This document shows positions 1-9,967 of a DNA stretch of 64,000 nucleotides, piece after piece. The position numbers and the translations under genes are program-made. Source of the stretch: Heptranchias perlo (Eukaryota); the NCBI RefSeq assembly GCF_035084215.1, contig NW_027139246.1, positions 434,001-498,000 of the forward strand, in the 5' to 3' direction. The notes below the pieces were generated by a model. That model ran no database searches. It saw only the letters and a program-made list of their open reading frames with translations, and was not told the DNA's origin. The number at the start of each line of letters is the position of its first letter. Positions within the stretch are counted from its first letter, which is position 1.

Positions 1-129
1 CTGGAGACCACCGGCCTTTCTTCCTCCACATTCCCGGACCACGGGAACCTTCACTTTACCAGATTTTCCGTGCTCAGCCCTCCTCGCCCACCACGGCCCG
101 CCGCGATTCTGCTCTAACGATTTATCCCT

Positions 130-440
130 CTTCTGGGCCCATCTTTTGTTTCTATACTTGTCCCATTACCACCACCTTGGACATTGCTCTATCATCACTT
201 TTGTCATTAAATTTTCTCCTGCCCTCCAGCCTATCACAGACCTTTCGCTTCTGTACTTTTTCTGCCCCCTTTTCCCTGACTCTGTACTTACTTTAAAGCC
301 GTTCATCTCTAACATCTTCCAGTCCTGATGAAAGGTCAACGACCTGAAACATTAACTCTGTTTCTCTCTCCACGGGCTCTGAATGACCGTTTCTACAATT
401 TTATGCTTTTATTTCAGATTTCCAGCGGTATTTTGCTTTG
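130..440 (+). mobile_element. Degenerate Penelope-like retroelement terminal-repeat fragment (boundaries approximate)
   Basis: A pyrimidine-rich tract leads into CTGATGAAAGGTCAACGACCTGAAACATTAACTCTGTTTCTCTCTCCAC...TTTATTTCAGATTTCCAGC. From recall this matches the common fish/shark Penelope terminal repeat, and it carries a hammerhead core. No database search was run. Confidence 0.65.
321..357 (+). ncRNA. Minimal type I hammerhead ribozyme motif, degenerate copy
   Basis: Core CTGATGA (325-331), stem II AGGTC/GACCT with loop AAC (333-345), GAAAC (346-350), then ATT-AACT. AACT (354-357) partly pairs with AGTC (321-324). The stem III palindrome ACGT appears mutated to ACAT. Confidence 0.6.
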
Positions 441-1118
441 ATGAAATGTTCCCGCCATCTTTAGTGCACCATTAAATAGAGCGACCAAAGGAAATCTCCC
501 TCAGTATATGATTTTAAATATTAACATTGGAATCTCGAGTTTGCTATTAATATAATCAACAAGACGGGGAATAATTTTGATGGTGATCTTATAATAGATC
601 TGATTCTTGTTTCATGATTATGCTGAAATTTGCTGTGTACTGGGGCTGTCTGTTTCACTTCAATGATGATAAATATTGATACAATATCAGCCTGAACATT
701 GATGTTGGTGAGATACGTGGGCCAATGATTAAGACCGCGAACATTCCCGTGCCTACTGTTTCAGCGGAGGCGTTCATCCATTTGAGGGGATTGAGTGAAG
801 GCCTGGATTAACGAATGTCATCCCGGAGCCTGAATTATTCATCGTGCAGTTTTGCGCTGTATACTCCTAAATTCAGAGAGCCTGTTGGCTGTCCTTATTC
901 TGAAATAGTTCAATGTTTACCAACTCTAATTTTCAGATATTGAGGCATAAAATCACGATCCATCTTTCAATCCTGTGATGTTCATCTGTTGTGCTGTCCT
1001 CTATTTAAACAATGGAGTCTGAAATTACAAGAAGGGTCTTTAATTGCAATCGCTTGTCTGAATTGTTCTTCTATTTTAGCGGAAATGTTAACCCACTTAT
1101 TTTATTCCAGATGGTCTG

Positions 1119-1199
1119 AATTGGACAGCTCTTTCAAGAGCCGGCACAGGCACGACAGGCCGAATGGCCTCTTTCTGTGGTGTAAGATTCGATGATTTT
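1119..1199 (+). mobile_element. CR1-type LINE 3' tail fragment
   Basis: GGACAGCTCTTTCAAGAGCCGGCACAGGCACGACAGGCCGAATGGCCTC...GTAAGATTCGATGATT is near-identical in layout to the CR1 3' end at 54445-54528 in this window. Confidence 0.75.
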
Positions 1200-1348
1200 A
1201 ACTCCTCTACTAAATTAGTGGAAGAAATAAATTCAGATAACCCTCGGTCCCTGTAACCGAGAGGGATATTCTCACCACCCATTGTTACAGCCCCCCAGTT
1301 AGAACCGTGAACCGGGACCGCCGTGAACATCAGAAAGGATTCCCCACT

Positions 1349-2055
1349 TAGGAACATAGGAACAGGAGGAGGCCATTCAGCCCCTCGTGCCTGCTCCGCC
1401 ATTTGATAAGATCATGGCTGATCTGTGATCTAACTCCATATACCTGCCTTTGGCCCATATCCCTTAATACCTTTGGTTGCCAAAAAGCTATCTATCTCAG
1501 ATTTAAATTTAACAATTGAGCTAGTATCAATTGCCGTTTGCGGAAGAGAGTTCCAAACTTCTACAACCCTTTGTGTGTAGCAATGTTTTCTAATCTCACT
1601 CCTGAAAGGTCTGGCTCTAACTGTGCGGAAATAGTTTCTCTCTATCCACCCTATCCGTTCCCCTTAATATCTTATAAACTTCGATCAGATCACCCCTTAA
1701 CCTTCGAAACTCTAGAGAATACAACCCCAATTTGTGTAATCTCTCCTCGTAACTTAACCCTTGAAGTCCGGGTATCATTCTAGTAAACCTACGCTGCACT
1801 CCCTCCAAGGCCAATATGTCCTTCCGAAGGTGCGGTGCCCAGAACTGCTCACAGTGCTCCAGGTGCGGTCTAACCAGGGTTTTGTATAACTGCAGCATAA
1901 CTTCTGCCCCCTTGTCCTCCAGTCCTCTAGATATAAAGGCCAGCGTTCCATTAGCTTTATTGATTATTTTCTGCACCTGTTCATGACACTTCAATGATCG
2001 ATGTACCTGAACCCTTAAGTCCCTTTGGACATCCACTGTTTTTAACTTTTTACCA
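1349..2055 (-). mobile_element. 5'-truncated CR1 LINE (ORF2 C-terminus and 3' UTR)
   Basis: ORF 1617..2036(-) has LYKTLVRPHLEHCEQFWAPHLRKDILALEGVQRRFTRMIPG and RRLRGDLIEVYKI. The reverse-strand 3' tail AGGAACATAGGAAC...GGCCATTCAGCCC lies at about 1350-1385. Confidence 0.92.
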
Positions 2056-2392
2056 CTTCTGCTTTTGGTATTCCCAGAGTTAGAACTTGCTGGTCGCCAT
2101 GATTAGCGACAGTGTCAATGATTTTGTGAAAACTCCCTCTGTTCGGGATTTCGAGCGAGATGATAATTGTTCCTTTGAGAATCTGTTAACTATTTCAAAA
2201 TAGCGAAGAGAGGAAATCCTCCGAGGCGCATTTGCGAATTCGGTTAATTTAGCGAAAGGAAAACCTTTTTCTCCTGTCCATCTTTCTTTATTTACCATTC
2301 GTAAATCTGTAGTTAACGGAACAAACAGACACAGGATAGAGACACGAGTGTACAGGAGCACGGATGTGCGCTGAACTATGTGTTCACACATA

Positions 2393-3124
2393 ACTATTAA
2401 ACTGGTGTTCAGAGAGACTTGGGTGTCCTCGTACAAGAAACACAGAAAGTTAACATACAGATACAGCAAGCAATTAGGAGGGCAAATGGCATGTTGGCCT
2501 TTATTCCATGGGAGTTGGAGTACAAGAGTAAGGAAGCCTTGCTACAATTGTACAGGGCTTTGGTGAGACCTCACCTGGAGTACTGTGTACAGTTTTGGTT
2601 TCCTTATCTAAGGGAGGATATACTTGCCTTAGAGGCGGTGCAACAAAGGTTCACTGGATTGATTCCTGGGATGAGAGGGTTGTCCTATGAGGAGAGATTG
2701 AGTAGAATGGGCCTATATTCTCTGGAGTTTAGAAGAGTGAGAGGTGATCTGATTGAAATATATAACATTTTGAGGGGGCTTGACAGGGGAGATGCTGAGA
2801 GGCTGTTGCCCCTGGCTGGAGAGTCCAGAACTAGAGGGTATAGTCTCAGGATAAGGAGTCGGCCATTCAAGACTGAGATGAGGAGGAATTTCTTCACTCA
2901 GAGGATTGTGAATCTTTGGAATTCTCTACCCCAGGGGGCTGTGGATGCTCAGTCATTGAGTATATTCAAGACTGAGATCGAGAGATTTTTAGACTCTCGG
3001 GGAATCAATAGATTGGGCGGGAAAGTGGAGTTGAGATCGATGATCAGCCATGATCTGATTGAATGGTGGAGCAGGTTCGAGGGGCCGGATGGCCTACTCC
3101 TGCTCCAATTTCTTATGTTCTTAT
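2393..3124 (+). mobile_element. 5'-truncated CR1 LINE (ORF2 C-terminus and 3' UTR)
   Basis: ORF 2419..3126 has LYRALVRPHLEYCVQFW and RRNFFTQRIVNLWNSLP. The element ends in the short tandem tail TTCTTATGTTCTTAT. Confidence 0.93.
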
Positions 3125-3201
3125 AACATTCGCGCTCTAAATTTTCTGAGTAAAATGAAAAACAGGAAACCCATGGGTTCTGATTAGCTTTCACCTCCCA
3201 G

Positions 3202-3482
3202 ATGGATCTGAGGATGTTGCAGTACCGATCCGTCCCGTGCTACTCTCATCAACGGCAGCTCCTTTCCAGTTCCTCAGCGGTCCAAAAGTACCAGACAGAG
3301 GCGTCGAAAAAGGACCCACTCACCGCCGAAATGGACGACCGGTTCCCCGAAGACTGGCCTCGGATACAAACCCTGCAGCGTTTCGGTGCTGTAAACTGCA
3401 GGGGGAGAACAAGGTCAGAATTGCACCGGTCGCTGCCATTTATTGCGTCTTCGGACTGTTAATTGCTGCTCGGTATTTATAG
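3202..3482 (+). other. Possible orphan terminal exon with a hydrophobic C-terminus (unidentified)
   Basis: Acceptor-like TTTCACCTCCCAG ends at 3201. The phase-1 frame stays open to TAG at 3480-3482 and ends in IAPVAAIYCVFGLLIAARYL. No family was recognised. Confidence 0.2.
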
Positions 3483-3530
3483 CGAAATAGTAAATGCTCA
3501 CAGCGGCCGGAACAGTTCTGTGACTAACAT

Positions 3531-4654
3531 CATGAGTGTGGAAAAGATTTGTGGGAATTCGGGGGAAAACTCTCCAGTGGCTGGAGGCATACCGAGCTCA
3601 CAGGAAGATGGTAGTGGTTGTTGGAGGCCAATCATCTCAGCCCCAGGACATTGCTGCAGGAGTTCCTCAGGGCAGTGTCCTAGGCCCAACCATCTTCAGC
3701 TGCTTCATCAATGACCATCCCTCCATCATAAGGTCAGAAATGGGGATGTTCGCTGATCATTGCACAGTGTTCAGTTCCATTCGCAACCCCTCAGATAATG
3801 AAGCAGTCCGAGCCCGCATGCAGCAAGACCTGGACAACATCCAGGCTTGGGCTGATAAGTGGCAAGTAACATTCGCGCCAGATAAGTGCCAAGCAATGAC
3901 CATCTCCAACAAGAGAGAGTCTAACCACCTCCCCTTGACATTCAACGGCATTACCATCGCCGAATCCCCCACCATCAATATCCTGGGGGTCACCATTGAC
4001 CAGAAACTTAACTGGACCAGCCACATAAATACCGTGACTACAAGAGCAGGTCAGAGGCTGGGTATTCTGCGGCGAGTGACTCACCTCCTGACTCCCCAAA
4101 GCCTTTCCACCATCTACAAGGCACAAGCCAGGAGTGTGATGGAATACTCTCCACTTGCCTGGATGAGTGCAGCTCCAACAACACTCAAGAAGCTCGACAC
4201 CATCCCGGACAAAGCAGCCCGCTTGATTGGCACCCCATCCACCACCCTAAACATTCACTCCCTTCACCACCAGCGCACTGTGGCTGCAGTGTGTACCATC
4301 CACAGGATGCACTGCAGCAACTCGCCAAGGCATCTTCGACAGCACCTCCCAAACCCGCGACCTCTACCACCTAGAAGGACAAGAGCAGCAGGCACATGGG
4401 AACAACACCACCTGCACGTTCCCCTCCAAGTCACACACCATCCTGACTTGGAAATATATCACTGTTCCTTCATCGTCGCTGGGTCAAAATCCTGGAACTC
4501 CCTTCCTAACAGCACTGTGGGAGAACCGTCACCACACGGACTGCAGTGGTTCAAGAAGGCGGCTCACCACCACCTTCTCAAGGGCAATTAAGGATAGGCA
4601 TTAAATGCCGGCCTCGCCAGCGACGCCCACATCCCATGAACGAATAAAAAAAAA
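3531..4654 (+). mobile_element. 5'-truncated non-LTR retrotransposon (CR1/L2 group, a different family from the other copies) with RT and poly(A) end
   Basis: ORF 3536..4591 has GVPQGSVLGPTIFSCFIND and MFADH (catalytic FADD mutated). It ends GCCAGCGACGCCCACATCCCATGAACGAATAAAAAAAAA. Confidence 0.9.
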
Positions 4655-4690
4655 TCCTGCTCTGTTTGGACTTTGAACGTTTGCAGTTTG

Positions 4691-4765
4691 TGCGGTTGGA
4701 ATATTTACTTTGTGGTTGGCTGGAGACTGCGCGCTGTGCTTTGCCCAAATACTATGTCACATCCG
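4691..4765 (+). promoter_or_regulatory. Candidate promoter of V segment 1 (two RUNX sites, ETS site, CRE-like half site)
   Basis: TGCGGTT (4691-4697), TGTGGTT (4711-4717), ATGTCAC (4754-4760) and ACATCCG (CGGATGT on the minus strand, 4759-4765), 115-190 bp upstream of the leader ATG. These are motif matches only. Confidence 0.45.
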
Positions 4766-4879
4766 CCGGGACACTGAAGCGACTCGAGCCTCTCTCAAGG
4801 CGTATTGATTCGGCGTCCAATTCTTACCAGTCCAGTGTCCAGGGTTTACAAAGTTTATATACACAGGGACGGAGCAGCA

Positions 4880-5324
4880 ATGCAGTTAATCGGTATCTGG
4901 GCTGTGTTTGGAGCATTTGTTACAGGTAATTATTCTGGGACACGATTTGAGGCCAAAATTGAACATCACTGAATTTAAAAATGGTTTAATTTTGCCGTTG
5001 GTTTGTATTTAATGCAGGTCTGAGCCATGAAATCTCTGTTAGACAGCGACCCCCTACAGTAATTAGCACAGAAGGAAACATTATAACTTTAGACTGTATC
5101 TATTCCATTAACACGAGTTCCTACAGCCTGCTGTGGTCCCGCCAATACCCCGGCAGAGGACCGGAGATCCTCGTTCGCAAGTTTCCAAGTGGTTATCAGA
5201 TTAAAGCGGATTTTGCTCGAAGCCGTCTCTCCTCTGCGCTGGACAAAGCGAATGCCATCTTCACCTTAACCGTCTCCAAACTGCGGACGACTGACGCGGC
5301 AATCTATTACTGCGCGCTGACTCT
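4880..5324 (+). CDS. TRAV: T-cell receptor alpha/delta variable gene segment 1 (leader exon 4880-4925, intron 4926-5017, V exon 5018-5324), open frame
   Basis: Manual translation gives MQLIGIWAVFGAFVT|GLSHEISVRQRPPTVISTEGNIITLDCIYSINTSSYSLLWSRQYPGRGPEILVRKFPSGYQIKADFARSRLSSALDKANAIFTLTVSKLRTTDAAIYYCALT. It has the conserved Cys, Trp and DxAxYYC, a GT..AG phase-1 92-bp intron, and a directly adjacent 23-RSS. The alpha/delta assignment rests on motif style (YYCAL) and RSS type. Confidence 0.9.
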
Positions 5325-5363
5325 CACAACGGTGGAAGTCAGTTGGGCCCTCGTACAAAAACT
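5325..5363 (+). other. Recombination signal sequence, 23-bp spacer (V segment 1)
   Basis: Heptamer CACAACG (5325-5331), 23-nt spacer, nonamer ACAAAAACT (5355-5363). Confidence 0.92.
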
Positions 5364-6708
5364 AACTGATCCTCTGTGCCCTGGAGATCATCCCGATTCG
5401 GGGCTGTGCAGACAGGCAGTGAGAGGATGCTATGCTCGACATACGGTGTGGAGTGAGGGTCACAGGGAAAACATATTACAGCGACCCAGAGACATTCTGA
5501 CTGCAAATCGACCCAAAACTGCCATAAATCACCAGCTGGAGAAAGGATCGGGCTCGATTTCCGTTCCTCTTCGTGATGCGAACACGGGAGGAATTTTCCT
5601 TGCGCGTTATTTCTAGCGAAATGCTAAACATGTGCTCACTGTAAGGAAAATATTCTTTTTATATTCATTTCTTTATATTAACTTTTAGTTTTTGCCTGTA
5701 AAGTGAATTTCTGTTAGCATTATTCAGTTAGTCAGTTTAAATAAAAACCAGGCAGAGACAGTCTTTCCTGATAGGGGAGTTGAGTAGAGACAGAAACAGA
5801 CTTGCTGTGTTCGAGCACCATCGATCTGTCAGCAGGGAGACAGGCGGCATTTCTATGGACACGTATCGATCAGCAAGCCGAGAAGCGATAACTTCAGATG
5901 GTGACTCCTCCGAGGACAGTTGTGGAAGGAATGTGGAACATTCCTGGAGGGGCTTTTGTTCTCTGTAACTGTCTCCAGTTCAATGATTTGTTTGTCAGTT
6001 CAGTCGTGGTGAAAACTCGGGGAGTGATTCTTGTTAAAACTGAAGTTATTGCAGCTAATTGAATGGGTTAATGCTGTGGGAATGTGAGACGTAGCAGGCT
6101 GGACAAGAGGTTTAAAAGTGGGTGTTACGAAAGATACATTAGAATTAGACACGGTCAGATTAGCTGATCAGCAAGAGCTGACCAACTGACCGCTCACTCG
6201 TATTACCGTAAATGTGCTCTTAACTATATGTGTAATTGTTATTAATAATAATCATTGTATGTTTAGTTCCAATGATAGCCAATAAATGTCTTTTGAACCC
6301 AATTATCTTGTGGAATAATTAGAAACTTATAAGCAAGAACATCCGTTCGCGAACATTACATTATATCGATAAAAGGAAATATCTCCAATGTCTATGCAAT
6401 TTAACAAAAAGCAACCGGAGCAAACATCCCCCAACAGCAGCAAAACCCGTGAATATCCCTACAATCATATTAATGGTGGGAAAATCGGGGTGGGGGGTAT
6501 TCTGGGCGGTAACCCCACGGATTACGGCGGGTATTATGGACGGTAAGACATCCCTTTGTCCATCGGAGACATTAATCCATTATTGTAATCCGGGTAACAC
6601 TTCCGGTCCGCGTTCAACCTTCGCCATTGATCCGCCAACAATGTGCTGCTGATGACGCCGATAATCCTTCCACCAATGGTATTCTTTTTCGAAAGGACCA
6701 AACTGAAC

Positions 6709-6734
6709 CACGTGACTAATGTCTGATGACGTCA
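6709..6734 (+). promoter_or_regulatory. Candidate promoter of V segment 2 (E-box and perfect CRE)
   Basis: CACGTG (6709-6714) and TGACGTCA (6727-6734), about 150-175 bp upstream of ATG 6885. CRE-like decamers are characteristic of TCR V promoters. Confidence 0.6.
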
Positions 6735-6884
6735 TATCAGATTGAGGTTGTGGATGTGTTTTCATATTTGGTCAGATAAACCAGTGAAGCAGGTCTGCTC
6801 CGTGTTATTGTCCCCGTGATAGTCTTGATTAATTCTTGCCACGATACTCTGATCGGATTTGTACAGAAACTGTCAGCACAGAAC

Positions 6885-9564
6885 ATGCAAGAATATTTCA
6901 GATTAGTACTTGTCATTCCAGCCAGCTTTATGACATGTAAGTATTTAAATGTTTGAGCTAATGGCGACAGTTGAAGTAACGCTACATTACATTGCTTTCC
7001 CAGAGAGGGGTAAAGATATTTATTACCGTATTTATTGATGACTTGGTGAAGGAATTAAGTGTAGTGCACCCAAGTATGCAGATAGCACTAAATTAGGAGG
7101 GACAGTTAGTGGTGCAGATGGGAGGAGGGAGATGCAAAGGGACATCGACAGATTAAGAGAGTGGGCAAAACTATGGGAGATTGAGGTTAATGTGGGCAAG
7201 CGTGAGGTGATCCACTTTGGACCGAAAAAAGATAAATCAGAGCATTTTAAAATAGTGAGAATCTCGGAACTGGAGTGGAGAAAGGAGATTTGGGAGTCCA
7301 AGTACAGCATCATTTAAAACTGATAGACAGGTACAGAAAGCATTCACAAGGGTGACTGGAATGTTGGCCTTTATCTCAAGCAGGCTAGAAAACAAATGTG
7401 AGGAAGTGATACAGAACCTTGGTCAGGCCCCATCTGGAGATACTGCGTTCAGTTCTGGGCACCTCAGGAAGGATAAACTGGCTTTGGAGTGGGTGAAGCG
7501 CAGATTAACCCGAATGATACAGGGGCCTAGAAGTTTGAATGATGAGGACAGATTGCATAAAGTTGGGTTTTATTCCCTTGAGTTTAGAAGATTGAGGGAT
7601 TATCTGGTTAAGATGTTTAAAAAGTTAAAATGATTCAATAGGGTGCATATGAAGAAAATATTCCTTGTGATGGCGGAATTAAGAAGGAGGGGTCATAGCC
7701 TTAAACAAAGAGCGAGGCCATTTAGGGAGAACTTTCAGGACTGAGATGCAGAGATTTTTGTTTGGTCCGGGTATCAAGGGAAATGGAGTCAGATACAGAT
7801 CATCCATCATTTAATGGAATGGTGGAGCAGACCCTTAGGGCTGAATGGCCGACTCCTGTGCCGAAATTCCTGCGATACCTATTGGGACCGACTGGTGTTG
7901 ACCGCCCGGTGACGGGACCTGTTGGGACTGACTGGTGTTGACCGCCCGGTGATGGGACCTGTTGGGACTGACTGGTGTTGACCGCCCAATGACGGGACCT
8001 GTTGGGACTGACTGGTGTTGACCGCCCGGTGATGGGACCTGTTGGGACTGACTGGTGTTGACCGCCCGGTGACGGGACCTCTTGGGACTGACTGGTGTTG
8101 ACCGCCCAATGACGGGACCTGTTGGGACTGACTGGTGTTGACCGCCCGGTGATGGGACCTGTTGGGACTGACTGGTGTTGACCGCCCGGTGACGGGACCT
8201 CTTGGGACTGACTGGTGTTGACCGCCCAATGACGGGACCTGTTGGGACTGACTGGTGTTGACCGCCCAATGACGGGACCTGTTGGGACTGACTGGTGTTG
8301 ACCGCCCGGTGATGGGAGCTGTTGGGACTGACTGGTGTTGACCGCCCGGTGATGGGAGCTGTTGGGACTGACTGGTGTTGACCGCCCGGTGATGGGATCT
8401 GTTGGGACTGACTGGTGTTGACCGCCCGGTGATGGGAGCTGTTGGGACTGACTGGTGTTGACCGCCCGGTGATGGGATCTGTTGGGACTGACTGGTGTTG
8501 ACCGCCCGGTGATGGGAGCTGTTGGGACTGACTGGTGTTGACCGCCCGGTGATGGGATCTGTTGGGACTGACTGGTGTTGACCGCCCGGTGATGGGAGCT
8601 GTTGGGACTGACTGGTGTTGACCGTCCGGTGACCGGACCTGTTGGGACTGACTGGTGTTGACCGCCCGGTGACGGGACCTGTTGGGACTGACTGGTGTTG
8701 ACCGCCCGGTGACGGAACCTGTTGGGACTGACTGGTGTTGACCGCCCGGTGACGGGACCTGTTGGGACTGACTGGTGTTGACCGTCCGGTGATAGGACCT
8801 GTTGGGACTGACTGGTGTTGACCGTCCGGTGATGGGATCTGTTGGGACTGACTGGTGTTGACCGCCCGGTGATGGGACCTGTTGGGACTGACTGGTGTTG
8901 ACCGTCCGGTGAAGGGATCTGTTGGGACTGACTGGTGTTGACCGCCCGGTGATGGGATCTGTTGGGACTGACTGGTGTTGACCGCCCGGTGACGGGACCT
9001 GTTGGGACTGACTGGTGTTGACCGTCCGGTGATAGGATCTGTTGGGACTGACTGGTGTTGACCGCCCGGTGATAGGATCTGTTGGGACTGACTGGTGTTG
9101 ACCGCCCGGTGATGGGACCTGTTGGGACTGACTGGTCTTGACCGTCCGGTGATAGGATCTGTTGGGACTGACTGGTGTTGACCGTCCGGTGATGGGATCT
9201 GTTGGGACTGACTGGTGTTGACCGCCCGGTGATGGGATCTGTTGGGACTGACTGGTGTCTGTTTTGTTCCATTGATAACAGTGGGTGTTACAGGGAAAGA
9301 GGAAGTTGTACAAACATTTCCGTCACAGCCTCCCAGTGAATGGAAAACCATAACTATTAATTGCCACACCAGCATTCCGTTCTCTGCGATATACTGGTTC
9401 GTACAGGCTCCAAACCAAAGCCCAAAGATGTTGATAATGGCATCGGAAAACGGTGAACAAGAAGGTCGGATTAAAGCCGTCAGTCAACGTTGGGAGAAGC
9501 GCAGCTCCCTGACTATCGCGGCCTTACGTCTGACGGACACCGCGACCTACTTCTGTGTCGTTCA
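6885..9564 (+). CDS. TRAV: T-cell receptor alpha/delta variable gene segment 2 (probable leader exon 6885-6936, intron 6937-9281, V exon 9282-9564), open frame
   Basis: V exon GVTGKEEVVQTFPSQPPSEWKTITINCHTSIPFSAIYWFVQAPNQSPKMLIMASENGEQEGRIKAVSQRWEKRSSLTIAALRLTDTATYFCVV has Cys, WFVQ and DTATYFC, followed by a 23-RSS. Leader MQEYFRLVLVIPASFMT ends at a consensus GTAAGT donor in matching phase 1. The leader assignment is less certain than the V exon, and an alternative in-phase acceptor exists at 9293. Confidence 0.88.
7030..7862 (+). mobile_element. Old, degenerate CR1 LINE fragment inside the V2 leader intron
   Basis: Broken RT C-terminal ORFs (QRDIDRLREWAKLW; HLRKDKLALEWVKRRLTRMI; SLEFRRLRDYL) and the 3' tail GGGCTGAATGGCCGACTCCTG. 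Confidence 0.88.
7877..9258. repeat. 40-bp G-rich minisatellite, about 34.5 copies
   Basis: Unit GTTGGGACTGACTGGTGTTGACCGCCCGGTGATGGGACCT with a strict 40-bp period. Variation is almost confined to unit positions 25-41. Confidence 0.98.
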
Positions 9565-9603
9565 CACAGTGTAATAAGGAGCGGGAGAGTCCGTACAAGA
9601 ACC
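9565..9603 (+). other. Recombination signal sequence, 23-bp spacer (V segment 2)
   Basis: Consensus heptamer CACAGTG (9565-9571), 23-nt spacer, nonamer ACAAGAACC (9595-9603). Confidence 0.95.
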
Positions 9604-9640
9604 GCTGCTGCATTTCCGATCAGGTGTGGAGGAAGAAGAG

Positions 9641-9828
9641 TGGGCGAGGTTTTGACTTTATGCGATTGTGTAAAGCGGGTGAGAGCGAATCGGAGACCAG
9701 TTTTACATCTCTCCTGATTTTTCTTTCCACGGACTTGGATTGAAATTACAGTCGGGGGAGATGTGAAACGGGCGGTCGATTCGCCCTCACCCGTTTAACG
9801 CAATCGCACAAAGTCAAAACCTAACCCA
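9641..9828. mobile_element. Palindromic MITE-like element (about 188 bp)
   Basis: Left arm TGGGCGAGGTTTTGACTTTATGCGATTGTGTAAAGCGGGTGAGAGCGAATCG... matches the reverse complement of the right arm (TGGGTTAGGTTTTGACTTTGTGCGATTGCGTTAAACGGGTGAGGGCGAATCG...) at roughly 80% over about 78 nt by eye. Confidence 0.8.
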
Positions 9829-9967
9829 CGGTGTGTTTCTTCAGCGCCTTTTACATTCACAGCCCGCTCCAACGCTCTTTCAGCTTGGTGAATTGTATTT
9901 TGAAGAGTAGTTACGGTTCTTATAACGGTAAATACGGTCGGCATTTCACGTCCAGCGGGATCCCACA

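Noticed and set aside
500-715. Possible decayed Ig-domain exon ending YNISLNIDV before GTGAG
   Set aside because: It needs several frameshifts and stop read-throughs and has no clear Cys/Trp framework, so it is too weak to list as a feature.
3380-3482. Possible TCR constant-region transmembrane exon
   Set aside because: It lacks the conserved intramembrane Arg/Lys spacing and FN/CART residues of TCR alpha/delta TM segments, and no C-domain exon was found.
5760-6660. Unique or CpG-rich sequence between the V genes, checked for further V, D or J segments
   Set aside because: By eye I found no heptamer-nonamer pairs, FGxG motif or Ig framework. It is probably old transposon remnants that I cannot classify.
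7877-9258. CRISPR-like pattern of a constant part plus a variable part
   Set aside because: The variable parts are point variants of one sequence rather than unique spacers, there are no cas genes, and the context is vertebrate. The same applies to the other arrays.
7800-9375. Three overlapping ORFs of about 490 aa on the minus strand
   Set aside because: They are an artefact of a 40-bp unit with no stop codon on that strand; all frames cycle through the same peptide.
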